Assembly: GCA_047617745.1 (NCBI GenBank) | Contig: JBLGBN010000001.1 | Coordinates: 69,065 to 133,064, forward strand | Direction: 5' to 3' | DNA length: 64,000 nucleotides | DNA from: Candidatus Nanohaloarchaea archaeon | Lineage (GTDB): Archaea; Nanohalarchaeota; Nanosalinia; Nanosalinales; Nanosalinaceae | Part shown: positions 49,209 to 58,912 of the stretch, piece after piece | How positions within the stretch are numbered: position 1 is the stretch's first letter | Layout of the letters: every line of letters starts with the position of its first letter | Notes under the pieces: generated by a model | Database searches by the model: none | The model's input: only the letters and a program-made list of their open reading frames with translations | Told to the model about the DNA's origin: nothing | Translations under genes and position numbers: made by a program

Positions 49209-49634
49209 GTGAGAAGGAACTTTCTGAAATCGACACTGGCAGGAGAATCCCGAGCATACGGATTCACAATCGCATTCTGGGGATCGGGAACCCTACTTGT
49301 AAAATATAACGGACTTCCAGAACTCAGTCAGGCCCTTCTGTACGGCCTGGGGGCGTTAACAGGTTTCGGGCTGTTGACAATCTATGCGTATCGAAGCACT
49401 TTAAGCGAAGTCAATGAAGAAGAATCGGATATAATGGCGTTAAGTATGATACACTATCTCGGGGCTCTGCTACCTATAACCGCTACCTCCTACACAGGAC
49501 AGATCACGTCCCCATACAACTTTTTCCTGACCGGTCTATCAGTTTCAGTTCTCTACAACCTTGGAATGGTTGCCGAGGAGCTCCTATCTGAAAAAGGGAG
49601 AAAATTTGAAAGAAAACTTTACGAAAAGTTCTAA
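49209..49634 (+). CDS. Membrane protein
   Basis: ES.AYGFTIAFWGSG and four TMs; GTG start 49209 assumed. Confidence 0.65.
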   Translation: MRRNFLKSTLAGESRAYGFTIAFWGSGTLLVKYNGLPELSQALLYGLGALTGFGLLTIYAYRSTLSEVNEEESDIMALSMIHYLGALLPITATSYTGQITSPYNFFLTGLSVSVLYNLGMVAEELLSEKGRKFERKLYEKF

Positions 49635-50381
49635 CTACTCATCTATATCTTTCCATTCCCCACCGTAAATATATCCGTACAGTTTCGACTCCGAGGCAAA
49701 TCTTGAAAAGGCAGATTCCAGGCTATCCTCATCTAACTCGGAGAAAACTTCTGGACTGAAAATATATGCGCCGGCGTTAATCAGGCGTGATGGTTCTTCA
49801 CCCTCTTCTGGTTTCTCCTCGAAACCAAGTATTTTTCTTCCCTTCAGCTCTGCAACCCCATAATTTGTCGGTTCCTCAACAGCGGTCAGCGCTATAGTAG
49901 CTAACGCGTTCTCCTCCCGGTGAACAGTCAACATATCCTGAAAGTCTACGTCTGCGATCACATGACCGTTTAGAACCGCAAAATCATCTCTAATTTTATC
50001 TTCAACTTTCCGGAGAGCTACAGCGTTGCCCTGAGGGTTCTCCTCAAATATGTACTCCAGAGCCAGCCCGTTATAGTCCGATCCAAAGTTATCCTCTATC
50101 ACATGGTTCTGCCCCGCGAGAAGTACAACCCTGCTGAAACCTTCCTCGGACAGGTTGTCAAGTATGTGGCTGAGGACAGGTTTACCTTCATACAGTTCAA
50201 GGGTTCTGGCCTCCTCATCTCCACAAAGAACAACAGCTGTTTCAAGGCCTTCCTGACGGAAATACTGCTCTATAATATCTTCAACCATCTGCGACCTGTT
50301 GAGATCCCGTCTATCGGCCTCGTGATCAACTTTTTCGACAACACCTTCATCAAGCGTCAGAGAAACTCTTTTCTTGGCCAT
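49635..50381 (-). CDS. RHH-fused sugar-phosphate nucleotidyltransferase-like protein
   Basis: RVSLTLD...NRSQMVE RHH; GKPVL, YGV, EKP, INAGAY; lacks the GxGxRL loop. Confidence 0.8.
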   Translation of the reverse strand: MAKKRVSLTLDEGVVEKVDHEADRRDLNRSQMVEDIIEQYFRQEGLETAVVLCGDEEARTLELYEGKPVLSHILDNLSEEGFSRVVLLAGQNHVIEDNFGSDYNGLALEYIFEENPQGNAVALRKVEDKIRDDFAVLNGHVIADVDFQDMLTVHREENALATIALTAVEEPTNYGVAELKGRKILGFEEKPEEGEEPSRLINAGAYIFSPEVFSELDEDSLESAFSRFASESKLYGYIYGGEWKDIDE

Positions 50382-50434
50382 TACCTAGAAATTAGTCTCA
50401 GAATATTTTAAACTCCGGCCCATAAAAACCCAGT

Positions 50435-51340
50435 ATGGACATTCTAGTAACCGGCGGAGCAGGATTCATAGGTTCTCACCTGTGTGAGAGGCTAGGTAGA
50501 GAGCATGAAGTAAAGATAATCGACAACCTTTCATCCGGGAAGAAGGAAAACGTGCCGGAAGAAGTCGAACTTGTACAGCACGATCTGAAAAATGATGACG
50601 GACTACAGAGATACTTTGATGGTGTGGATACAGTTTTTCACTTCGCCGCCAACCCCAAAGTCTCAACCTTTCCTGAGGATATGGACAAGGACTTTGAGGA
50701 GAATCTGAAAGGAACCAAGAACGTTCTGGACGCCTGTGAAGAAGCCGGAGTAGATCAACTGGTTTTCGCCTCTTCATCAGTGGTCTACGGGGAAGAAGCC
50801 GAGATCCCGACACCGGAGGACGCAAACCTGGATCCTATCTCGATGTACGGAGCGACAAAAGCCGGCGGAGAGCACATGTGCCAGGTATACTCAAACATAT
50901 TCGGTATAGAACTCACCATTGTCAGACTCGCCAATATTGTAGGCGGCCGGAACCCGAAAGGGGTCATATACGACTTCATACAGAAACTGGAGGAAAACCC
51001 AAGAGAACTGGAGATACTTGGAAACGGAAAGCAGAGAAAATCATACCTCCACGTAGAAAACACTATCGACGGAATACTTGAAGCCTGGAAGTCGGATAAA
51101 ACAGTATTTAACATCGGTAGTGAGGATTCAATTGACGTAGATGGAATCGCTGAAATAGTGTCCGATGAAATGGATCTAGACCCAGAATTTAGTTATACTG
51201 GGGGAGAGAAGGGTTGGGAAGGTGATGTACCTGAGATGAGACTGGATATCTCCAGGCTGAAAAATGAGGGCTGGAACCCAGGTTTAAACTCTGAGGAATC
51301 GGTACGGAAGACGGTGAAGGAACTATTGAACTCTCCGTAA
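50435..51340 (+). CDS. NAD-dependent epimerase (UDP-glucose 4-epimerase-like)
   Basis: TGGAGFIGSH, YGATK. Confidence 0.92.
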   Translation: MDILVTGGAGFIGSHLCERLGREHEVKIIDNLSSGKKENVPEEVELVQHDLKNDDGLQRYFDGVDTVFHFAANPKVSTFPEDMDKDFEENLKGTKNVLDACEEAGVDQLVFASSSVVYGEEAEIPTPEDANLDPISMYGATKAGGEHMCQVYSNIFGIELTIVRLANIVGGRNPKGVIYDFIQKLEENPRELEILGNGKQRKSYLHVENTIDGILEAWKSDKTVFNIGSEDSIDVDGIAEIVSDEMDLDPEFSYTGGEKGWEGDVPEMRLDISRLKNEGWNPGLNSEESVRKTVKELLNSP

Positions 51341-52017
51341 CCGTTCCGTGCCACAACGAGGCAGATATACTTGATGAGAATATTGGAGAACTCGAGGATT
51401 ACCTTGAGGACAGCTTTGAAGATTTTGAAATAATTCTCGTGGAGAACCAGAAAGACAGTCCGACCGCCGAGAAAGCAGATAAATTAGCTTCGGAAACAGA
51501 AAATATTAGGCATCTACATTCGGAAAAAGAAGGTAAAGGCTACGCAGTTGAAAAAGGGATCAGAGAGAGCAAATTCAGGAAGGTAGGGTTCATGGACGCG
51601 GATCTGGCAACGGATATAGAACATACCAGAGAAGCAGCCGAGAAACTGGAAGACTACAGCTTTGTAATCGGATCAAGAACCGGAGAGGGAGCGAAGAGAG
51701 CGTTCTCCCGACAAGTCCCAAGTTTGATCTTCAATAAACTACTGAAACTTGTTTTCAGTTCAGACATAGAAGACCACCAGTGCGGATTCAAGTTCTTCAA
51801 TAAGTCAGAAGTGGAGAGTGTGATGAGCAAGGTGGAGAACAAACACTTTTTCTGGGACGCGGAATTACTTGTCAGAGCACAGAGAGAAGACATAAGTGTA
51901 TACGAGCTCGAGGTCAGGTGGCAGGAAAGCGGAGATTCTAACGTCAACGTTGTCCTTGACGGCTTAAAATTCCTTAAAGAAATCATACGGCTGAAAAAGG
52001 AGCTGGTAATAAAATGA
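51325..52017 (+). CDS. GT2 glycosyltransferase (Dol-P glycosyltransferase-like)
   Basis: IELSVTVPCHNE, GKG.AV, MDAD, D.QCGFK; start extended from 51439 to ATT 51325. Confidence 0.88.
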   Translation: MELSVTVPCHNEADILDENIGELEDYLEDSFEDFEIILVENQKDSPTAEKADKLASETENIRHLHSEKEGKGYAVEKGIRESKFRKVGFMDADLATDIEHTREAAEKLEDYSFVIGSRTGEGAKRAFSRQVPSLIFNKLLKLVFSSDIEDHQCGFKFFNKSEVESVMSKVENKHFFWDAELLVRAQREDISVYELEVRWQESGDSNVNVVLDGLKFLKEIIRLKKELVIK

Positions 52018-52433
52018 AAGACGAAATACTCAGAGTTTTCAATCAGCTCATTCACCTGGAGCGGATCTCAAAGTTCACCTTCATCGGCTTTCTGGGATTG
52101 CTGATTGATAACGGCGTTATACTTTTACTGGAGCAGAGCGGAATGATGATCGAGATAGCCAAACTGATCAGCGCAGAAGCATCGATAATATTCATGTTTC
52201 TCGCCAACGAAAAATGGACTTTCAGCTCGAGTAAAGGCATGTTAAGAAGATTCCTGAAATCTAACCTGGTCAGAAGCGGCGGGGTTCTCGTAGCTCTAAT
52301 AGTTCTGAAAATACTTTACGAGATGTTCGGCACCCCGGTAGTGATAGCGAACACGGTAGGAATAATAGTAGGTTTCGGGTTTAACTACGTCTTTGAAAGC
52401 TTTTACACTTGGAAGGTACACAGAAGGGGGTGA
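52014..52433 (+). CDS. GtrA family protein
   Basis: KF..IG..G..ID, F.ANEKWTF, FNY. Confidence 0.85.
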   Translation: MKDEILRVFNQLIHLERISKFTFIGFLGLLIDNGVILLLEQSGMMIEIAKLISAEASIIFMFLANEKWTFSSSKGMLRRFLKSNLVRSGGVLVALIVLKILYEMFGTPVVIANTVGIIVGFGFNYVFESFYTWKVHRRG

Positions 52434-52440
52434 AAAAGTT

Positions 52441-53784
52441 ATCAAAAATTTGACAGAGCAAATTGAGGAAAAATGGCTTCAAATAGCTATTTGTACAGGT
52501 CTAGGGTTATCCTTTATTTCAATAATTCAAGCGGCAGTTTTAGGAGGCAAACCTCTCGATATAGATTCAGCATTTTTCCTTCATTCAGGATGGCTATTCA
52601 CTCAGGGTTATTACCCTTACCTCCATATATGGGATATTAAGCCACCACTAGCATACTTAATCCCTGCAGTATACAATTTCGCTACCTTGGGAAACACATA
52701 CGCAGTTTACTGGCTTTCGATAGTAATTAACTCTATACTTATTACTGCTTCAAGCGTTTTAGCCGGAAAACTTTTCTTAGAAATAAAAGAGGATGAATTA
52801 GCAGCTCTAGGTATAAGCTTCGCCGTACTTTCTATTAATGGGTTGACTGCTTTAGGATCCTGGGGATATAGACCCAAATTTTTCGTAATGTTCTTCGGCC
52901 TTCTCAGCATCTGGCTATATCTAAAAAATCGGGAGTTATACGCAGGTATATCTGGAGGGATAGCAGCCCTTTTCTGGCATTTCGGAGCAATATTCCCGCT
53001 AACTATAGGTTTACTTCTATTGAAAGATAGAGATTTTAGAGGATTTGGAAAAGCCGTAATAGGAGGTATAACAATTTCAATAGTCTCCCTAATCCCGATA
53101 ATAGCGGTCGGAGGTTTCAAACCCATGGTAGAGCAGATTTTTATTGCTCCTCTCCAGATCTCCGAACCATTAAATCTCCTCAGGAGACTCGGGAAAGGAG
53201 TAGTAGGGTTAAAATACAGCGCTATCACTCTTTTCCTCGGTTTATCAGGACTGATTTATAGCCTGAAGGACAGTAATCGCATGAATTACTTATGGATTTA
53301 CATCCCTGCCGTCTGGTTCGGCCTGCAGATCTTCTTAGTTGATTTTGACGGTTTCGCCGACCTATTTTTAGGCATGACTTTCATTTCCATAGGATGCGGA
53401 TTCGTGATAAATCGATTAGAACGCGAAGAGATAAAATACATTCTAGTTTCCAGCCTTCTCCTGATAGCAGTGATTGGATCAATATTCAATGGCGGAATGG
53501 GGGTTATCTATTCCTCCACATTCAATAACCCATCTGGAGAACAACCTGCGCTAAGAGGCTTTCTGCTTAATCTTCAATCAGAAGTCGGAGAGAACCAAAC
53601 CGACCAAAATAGTTCGGAAACAGGTTCTAGCATCAGATACAGCACTCAGGAAAGATTCTGGAATAAAATCAGGCCCTCATCGTGCCACATAAGAATGAGC
53701 GGATTAGAAAAGAAGTGGATTCAATCAACTTCTGCCGAAATACATGAGAAAGAATGTAAAGTTGCCAGCGACATATTAAAATAA
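52441..53784 (+). CDS. GT-C-type membrane glycosyltransferase
   Basis: DSAFF.H.GW....PY..IWDIKPPL; many TMs; start uncertain (ATC 52441, TTG 52450 or TTG 52393). Confidence 0.75.
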   Translation: MKNLTEQIEEKWLQIAICTGLGLSFISIIQAAVLGGKPLDIDSAFFLHSGWLFTQGYYPYLHIWDIKPPLAYLIPAVYNFATLGNTYAVYWLSIVINSILITASSVLAGKLFLEIKEDELAALGISFAVLSINGLTALGSWGYRPKFFVMFFGLLSIWLYLKNRELYAGISGGIAALFWHFGAIFPLTIGLLLLKDRDFRGFGKAVIGGITISIVSLIPIIAVGGFKPMVEQIFIAPLQISEPLNLLRRLGKGVVGLKYSAITLFLGLSGLIYSLKDSNRMNYLWIYIPAVWFGLQIFLVDFDGFADLFLGMTFISIGCGFVINRLEREEIKYILVSSLLLIAVIGSIFNGGMGVIYSSTFNNPSGEQPALRGFLLNLQSEVGENQTDQNSSETGSSIRYSTQERFWNKIRPSSCHIRMSGLEKKWIQSTSAEIHEKECKVASDILK

Positions 53785-53813
53785 AAAGAAGGGAAAATTA
53801 GTCCTTCTAAAGA

Positions 53814-54728
53814 CTACATATAGCCCAATTCTCTGAGCTTGTTCATGATCTCTTTATCGTCCTTGTTCTGGGCTCTACCTGCTCTTTCCTTTGTGTTCTC
53901 TACATCCTGGAGCCATGCTGGTTCCTCTGTGTGTTTGTCTGTTGAGACCTCTGATCCAAGTGATCTGAATCCTGCCCAGTACTTTGGACTGATCGGAACA
54001 TCGTCTTTTGAAAGTCCGTCAGGAAGATCCGCTTCGTCTTCTGGATACTCTTCTATCTCTACTCCTGTGACATCCGGCACCATGTGGAACCATGAGACAT
54101 CCCATACGTCTCTCTCGTCTAACTGGAGGATTGGGTGTACTCTCATGTGATTAGGATCCTCTCTAGGGGAGTAGAAGTCTTCGTCTCCTCGTGATTCGTG
54201 TTCATCCCATCTTACTCCGTTGATGACTGCCTCAACGTTGTGGTTCTCCAGCAGTTCGTTCATAGGAACCGTCTTGAGAAGATGGTTTCCGGCCTCTGTA
54301 TCCATGAGCCACGGCACTTCTTCGTAGTCTCCGACTCTTTCCGCTTCTCTCTGGTTGCGTTCGTTCAGCTCTGCTACTGGAACTTTGTCTCCAGGGTTTT
54401 CTGCTTTCTCGATCAGGTCTTCATTCTTCGCGACCATTACTTCGAATCCCCAGTCGTCCGCAAGTCTCTTCACATAGTCTTCTAGTTCGTCGAAGTGCTG
54501 TCCGTGGTCCACGAACATGAACTTTGGCTTCTGAATGTCGTGTTCTTCACAGACTCGTTTGACGAGCCATGCTGTTATTGTGGAGTCCTTCCCTCCTGTG
54601 AATCCGATCACTGTGTTCTCAGGATTGTACTCTTCCAGGGCTCGTTTGACAACATCTTCTCCGGCTTTGATTTTGGCTTTTGTTGGTGCGTTTTCGATTT
54701 CTTCCCGTGTTACAGGTGCTTCTGGCAT
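53814..54728 (-). CDS. PAPS reductase/CysD (sulfate adenylyltransferase subunit 2)-like protein
   Basis: FTGGKDS, LKT, GVRWDE..SR, RVHPI, GFRSLG, ERAGR; no C-terminal ECG. Confidence 0.85.
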   Translation of the reverse strand: MPEAPVTREEIENAPTKAKIKAGEDVVKRALEEYNPENTVIGFTGGKDSTITAWLVKRVCEEHDIQKPKFMFVDHGQHFDELEDYVKRLADDWGFEVMVAKNEDLIEKAENPGDKVPVAELNERNQREAERVGDYEEVPWLMDTEAGNHLLKTVPMNELLENHNVEAVINGVRWDEHESRGDEDFYSPREDPNHMRVHPILQLDERDVWDVSWFHMVPDVTGVEIEEYPEDEADLPDGLSKDDVPISPKYWAGFRSLGSEVSTDKHTEEPAWLQDVENTKERAGRAQNKDDKEIMNKLRELGYM

Positions 54729-54748
54729 AAATTGATCAACTCGTAGTA

Positions 54749-55534
54749 TCAGTCGTGTTTCGGATAATCTTTGTTGTAGTGGTTTAGGATAGCTTTTGCA
54801 ACGTCTTCCGGCTGGTCTATCTCGAAATCAACGTTTTTCGTGATCAGTACTGCGTCCTCGTGGTGGTCGCCTTCAAGAGTTCCGTGAGGTGTTTCTTCCG
54901 GCAGTGTCTGGACTCTTCCCTCTCCATGCTCGGCGAATCCGTGGTCGGAGAGAACAATCAGTGGTTCGTCGGAATCAAAGTCGTAGTACTCCAGCAGTTC
55001 GCCGAGTACTTCGTCCATCTTCTTGTACCATTCGAGGATTAGTTCCTTGTCGTTCCAGTAAAAGTGTGAGACTCTGTCTAGCTGCATGAAGACTACAGCG
55101 AAAAACTCTGGATCTTCTTCTAGGACTTCTTTAGATTTCTCCAGCAGTTTCTTTCTGTCGGCTTCCAGTTCTTCAAGGTCGCTGGAAACCCCGAAACCTT
55201 CTGGTTCATAATCCGTGTTATAGTTGATCGGAGGTATTACCGCGGGAACCTGGAGAACTTTTGTATCTACGTCATCCAGCGCCTCCCAGACAAAAGTACC
55301 GTCAATGTCGCTTCTCTTCTGTAGCTCTTCATCGACTACAAAGTCTTTATGCTGGTGCTCGCTCTGCCTTAATCCTGTGAAGATTGATGTCCAGAGCGGA
55401 GCTGATTTAGGCGTTTCCTCAACTGTAACCGTTTTGTAGTCGCATTCGTTCATCAGCCGGTCGAAGTTTGGTAATTCGTCCCTGTGAGGTTTTATCATGT
55501 CCCATGTTGCCGCGTCTATTCCGATAACTTTCAT
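54749..55534 (-). CDS. Alkaline phosphatase/phosphodiesterase superfamily protein
   Basis: IGIDAA, SAPLWTS, DRVSH, SDHG. Confidence 0.85.
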   Translation of the reverse strand: MKVIGIDAATWDMIKPHRDELPNFDRLMNECDYKTVTVEETPKSAPLWTSIFTGLRQSEHQHKDFVVDEELQKRSDIDGTFVWEALDDVDTKVLQVPAVIPPINYNTDYEPEGFGVSSDLEELEADRKKLLEKSKEVLEEDPEFFAVVFMQLDRVSHFYWNDKELILEWYKKMDEVLGELLEYYDFDSDEPLIVLSDHGFAEHGEGRVQTLPEETPHGTLEGDHHEDAVLITKNVDFEIDQPEDVAKAILNHYNKDYPKHD

Positions 55535-55550
55535 TTTCGATCATTCAAGT

Positions 55551-55763
55551 TCATTTAGTGGTTTTGAGACCCCAGGAAATATTGGTCCAGAGTCTCTCCC
55601 ATGTGTAGTATAGTAATGTTTTTGCAATAGCTGCTGTAATCCCTATACTTGCCGCCGAGGCAAAGTTTCCGGTGTAAAGGAATGAAACCAGGAATACTGT
55701 CATTGTGGCGAAAATTCTGTAGCTTGCTGCTTTCAGAACCGTTCTCTTCCTCTTCTCTACCAT
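55551..55763 (-). CDS. DUF2061 protein
   Basis: R...KA.SYR...K..LYY..ER.W..I.WG. Confidence 0.85.
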   Translation of the reverse strand: MVEKRKRTVLKAASYRIFATMTVFLVSFLYTGNFASAASIGITAAIAKTLLYYTWERLWTNISWGLKTTK

Positions 55764-55767
55764 TTTT

Positions 55768-55962
55768 TCACCTGTCTAGGTAGCCGAGTTTCTCCAGCTT
55801 TTTGGCGATCTCTACCGCCTGTTCCTCAGATAGTTCTTCCTCTTCGCTCTCTGATTCTGCCAGTTCTCTCAGCTTGTCCTGGACGAATCTGGAGAGATTG
55901 ATGTGGTTCTCGTCCACAAATTCTGCAAGGTCTTCTGGAAGTGAGATTGTTTTCCTCGGCAT
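55768..55962 (-). CDS. RHH regulator with C-terminal LEKLGY tail
   Basis: MPRKTISLPEDL...INLSRFV; ATG 55962. Confidence 0.75.
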   Translation of the reverse strand: MPRKTISLPEDLAEFVDENHINLSRFVQDKLRELAESESEEEELSEEQAVEIAKKLEKLGYLDR

Positions 55963-55964
55963 AA

Positions 55965-55979
55965 TGCATAACTTATGCA
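55965..55979. promoter_or_regulatory. Perfect inverted repeat TGCATAA-C-TTATGCA, candidate operator
   Basis: Directly upstream of the RHH start codon. Confidence 0.55.
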
Positions 55980-56046
55980 AAATGTGTTTAAATGGGTTGT
56001 GTCAGTACCGTAAAACACTTAAAGTACAAAAGTACAGTAAAACCCT

Positions 56047-56277
56047 ATGGGTACTTTAAAGGTTGAAGGCGACGACGAATTAATTCGAAAGTTCAAAGAG
56101 AAAGCCAGAGAGGAATACGGTCAGAAGAGAGGTAGCATCAAGAAGGCCACTATGGACTTGATTGAGAAATGGGTCGAGCAGGATGAGAAAGTAGACTGGG
56201 AAAGCCTCGAAGGCGTTATAGATAGCGATAAAAGTTCAGTAGAAATGGAGAAAGAAATGTGGAAGAAGGTGGATTAA
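56047..56277 (+). CDS. Putative antitoxin (VapB-like, RHH)
   Basis: Small protein abutting a PIN toxin. Confidence 0.7.
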   Translation: MGTLKVEGDDELIRKFKEKAREEYGQKRGSIKKATMDLIEKWVEQDEKVDWESLEGVIDSDKSSVEMEKEMWKKVD

Positions 56278-56676
56278 TTGTACCTCATAGACTCCAACAT
56301 TTTTCTCGAAATATTGCTTCAGCAGGAAAAATCAGAACAATGTAAGAAACTTCTAGCCAAAATCGCCAAAGGAGAATTAAAGACAGCCGTATCGAAATTC
56401 ACAGTTCACGGAATTGAAGGACTACTTACTGAAGATCCTGATTCTCTCGATAAATTCATGAGAAACATCGCATCTCTAATAAACCTGAAGATTATCGATA
56501 CAACCTTTGAAGAAGAAAAACAGTTCCTTGAGCTTTCCAAGTCGAACAACCTTGACTTCGACGACGCACTACAGTATTCGGTAGCAAAAAGAGAAAATGT
56601 TGAAGCAATCATAAGTTTTGACACCGATTTCGATAGCACCGATCTAAAAAGAGTAGAGCCAGAAGACCTAACCTAA
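56278..56676 (+). CDS. vapC: VapC/PIN domain toxin
   Basis: IDSNIFLE, LDFDDA, SFD.DFD. Confidence 0.88.
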   Translation: MYLIDSNIFLEILLQQEKSEQCKKLLAKIAKGELKTAVSKFTVHGIEGLLTEDPDSLDKFMRNIASLINLKIIDTTFEEEKQFLELSKSNNLDFDDALQYSVAKRENVEAIISFDTDFDSTDLKRVEPEDLT

Positions 56677-56677
56677 G

Positions 56678-57499
56678 ATGAAACCAGAAATCATTGACGG
56701 AGAAAAAATAGCTGAAGAGATACTAACAGAGCTTGAACAGAAACATCTGGAGGGAACGCCAAAACTCCACATCATCCTTGTAGGGGATAGTCCGGCTTCA
56801 AAGACCTATATACATGAGAAGGAGGAAGCATGTGAGCGGCTTGGGTTTGAAGCGGAGGTAGAAAGCTTTTCCAGTGAAGTAGAAGAATCCGAAGTCCTGG
56901 AAGATATCAAGCATGCGAACAGAGACCCTGAAATCGACGGGATAATTGTCCAACTACCGCTACCAGATCATATTGAAAATAATAGAGTATTCGAAACACT
57001 TTCGCCAGAGAAAGACGTAGACTGCCTGACACCTGAAAACCTGGGAAAAGTCATGAGAGGAAATCCATGGGTTAAACCCTGTGCAGTCGGAGGTATAGAG
57101 AAGATCCTGGAGGCAGAACAGGTCGATGTGGCAGGAAAGAATGTAGTTATAATTAACAACAGCAATCTGATCGGAAAACCGCTTTCAATGGATCTAACAC
57201 AGAAAGAAGCAACAGCAACAATCTGCCACAGGAAAACAGAGGACCTACCAGAACATACCCAGGAAGCAGACATCGTGGTTACTGCGACAGGTGAACCAGA
57301 GCTGGTTACTGACGATATAATCGCTGAAGATGCTATAGTTATCGACGCCGGCTACAGCTATACAGACGGAGAACTAAACCAGGAAACTAAGGAACTAGAG
57401 AAACCATCTGAGATAAGCACCGTTCCGGGCGGTCTCGGGCCTGTAACAGTCGCGATGACAATGAATAACCTCGTTAAATGCTTTGAAAGACAGAACTAG
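56678..57499 (+). CDS. folD: Methylene-THF dehydrogenase/cyclohydrolase
   Basis: DG, Y...K, GIIVQLPLP, KDVD, VPGGLGPVT. Confidence 0.92.
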   Translation: MKPEIIDGEKIAEEILTELEQKHLEGTPKLHIILVGDSPASKTYIHEKEEACERLGFEAEVESFSSEVEESEVLEDIKHANRDPEIDGIIVQLPLPDHIENNRVFETLSPEKDVDCLTPENLGKVMRGNPWVKPCAVGGIEKILEAEQVDVAGKNVVIINNSNLIGKPLSMDLTQKEATATICHRKTEDLPEHTQEADIVVTATGEPELVTDDIIAEDAIVIDAGYSYTDGELNQETKELEKPSEISTVPGGLGPVTVAMTMNNLVKCFERQN

Positions 57500-57500
57500 T

Positions 57501-57854
57501 TCAATATTCACTTATTCTGTATCTAGACTCTTCAACAATTACTAGAGATTTCTCCAACTCTTCAAACTCAATCTTTTCAAGAAAATATGAAATCCTCAGC
57601 TTAAGTTCTTTAGGAGAATAATTGTGCAGTTTCAAAATCACAGCTCCCTGATCAACTTTTGTAGGAAGCAGAGGATTTCCAAAATCCCTGTCTCTTGTAA
57701 CCACTATAAAATCTTGCTGGTTTGCATGATCAGAAATTTCGGTATCGGTGCTTGATCCAAGGCCTATTTCTCGTACATGAACTGCCTCAAGACCATGTTC
57801 TTGAAATGGCTCTACCGCTGAATTAGGTAGATCTGCATCTATCAGGAACTTCAT
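57501..57854 (-). CDS. DUF5615 PIN-like toxin
   Basis: MKFLIDADLP, D.EI, TRDRDF. Confidence 0.85.
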   Translation of the reverse strand: MKFLIDADLPNSAVEPFQEHGLEAVHVREIGLGSSTDTEISDHANQQDFIVVTRDRDFGNPLLPTKVDQGAVILKLHNYSPKELKLRISYFLEKIEFEELEKSLVIVEESRYRISEY

Positions 57855-57859
57855 TCATT

Positions 57860-58090
57860 TCAAGCCTCTAGGCCTCTGTACTCCTCATTTGAAATCCTAT
57901 TTGCCGCATATCTAACTGCTGTAAAAACCTGCTCCTCTTCCAGATCGAATTCTGTGCAGATTTCTTCAATACTCGCTCCATCCGCCAGTGTCTTCAGCAC
58001 TACATCTACAGGCACTCTAGTACCTTCAATTACCGGCTTGCCGTGCATTACATCCGGATCAGCAGTGATACCCTCAACTACATCCGTCAT
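57860..58090 (-). CDS. DUF433 antitoxin
   Basis: DP.V.HGKPVIEGTRVPV. Confidence 0.9.
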   Translation of the reverse strand: MTDVVEGITADPDVMHGKPVIEGTRVPVDVVLKTLADGASIEEICTEFDLEEEQVFTAVRYAANRISNEEYRGLEA

Positions 58091-58158
58091 TATTTATGAC
58101 CTCCATCCTCAACTTATCTCTCAGAACTTAAATCAATAATCCTAAAGAAAAACACTAG

Positions 58159-58830
58159 TTATAGTTCGCTCTCAGGCGTAATTTCTACTTCTACGAAGTA
58201 TTTCTCACCGTACTTCTCGAAGTAAGCTGTGTTGTACGGTTTCCAAGTCAGCCCTCTCAGCTTCTTCAAAAACTCTCCAGCATTGATCTTCTGATCCAGA
58301 TCCAGTTCGGAAGCTTCCTCCAGATCCTTCTCGTAGTTGGTTGATCCTGTTTCGGTGTTCTGCTCCCTGGCCTCGACACCTTCCTTTATGTCAGTCCAGT
58401 TTTCTTTAAACAGATCGAACATTTCTCTCTGTAATCTATTATATAGGTCGCCTGCTGTGTCGCTCGGCTCTACCCTGACCTCTTTCCGGTCGATTATCGG
58501 GCCTTCATCGATCTCCTCAACCATGTAGTGGATCGAGACACCGGCCGGTGTATCTTCGATTATGCTCCAGACGTTTGGATGAGAACCACGGTTGTACGGT
58601 AGGAATGAGGGGTGTAGGTTGACTATACCGTTTTCCGGAACTTCAATTATTTCTTCCGGGACCTTGTGCTCGAAGCCGGAGGAGATGACAATATCAGGCT
58701 CAATACTCTTGATCAGGGAGAGCTGTTCTTTCTCGGTTAGGAGCGCTCTAACATTTACATCGTCTCTATTGTTCAGCCAGCTGTAAACCTTTTCACCGGC
58801 GTCATTCATTCCGAGGAAAACCGCTTCCAT
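58159..58830 (-). CDS. Sugar N-formyltransferase (formyl_trans_N)
   Basis: NLHPSFLPYNRG, GVSIH, IDEG; ATG 58830. Confidence 0.85.
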   Translation of the reverse strand: MEAVFLGMNDAGEKVYSWLNNRDDVNVRALLTEKEQLSLIKSIEPDIVISSGFEHKVPEEIIEVPENGIVNLHPSFLPYNRGSHPNVWSIIEDTPAGVSIHYMVEEIDEGPIIDRKEVRVEPSDTAGDLYNRLQREMFDLFKENWTDIKEGVEAREQNTETGSTNYEKDLEEASELDLDQKINAGEFLKKLRGLTWKPYNTAYFEKYGEKYFVEVEITPESEL

Positions 58831-58912
58831 AGTTGTACTTTTGCTGGTTAAATTCTTTAGATAACGGGGGAAAAGATGTTTAAAATCTGTCGTACAAACG
58901 TCACACAGGACA

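Noticed and set aside
49209..49240. RRNFLKS looks like a Tat motif
   Set aside because: Followed by charged residues rather than an h-region; the protein is a multi-pass membrane protein
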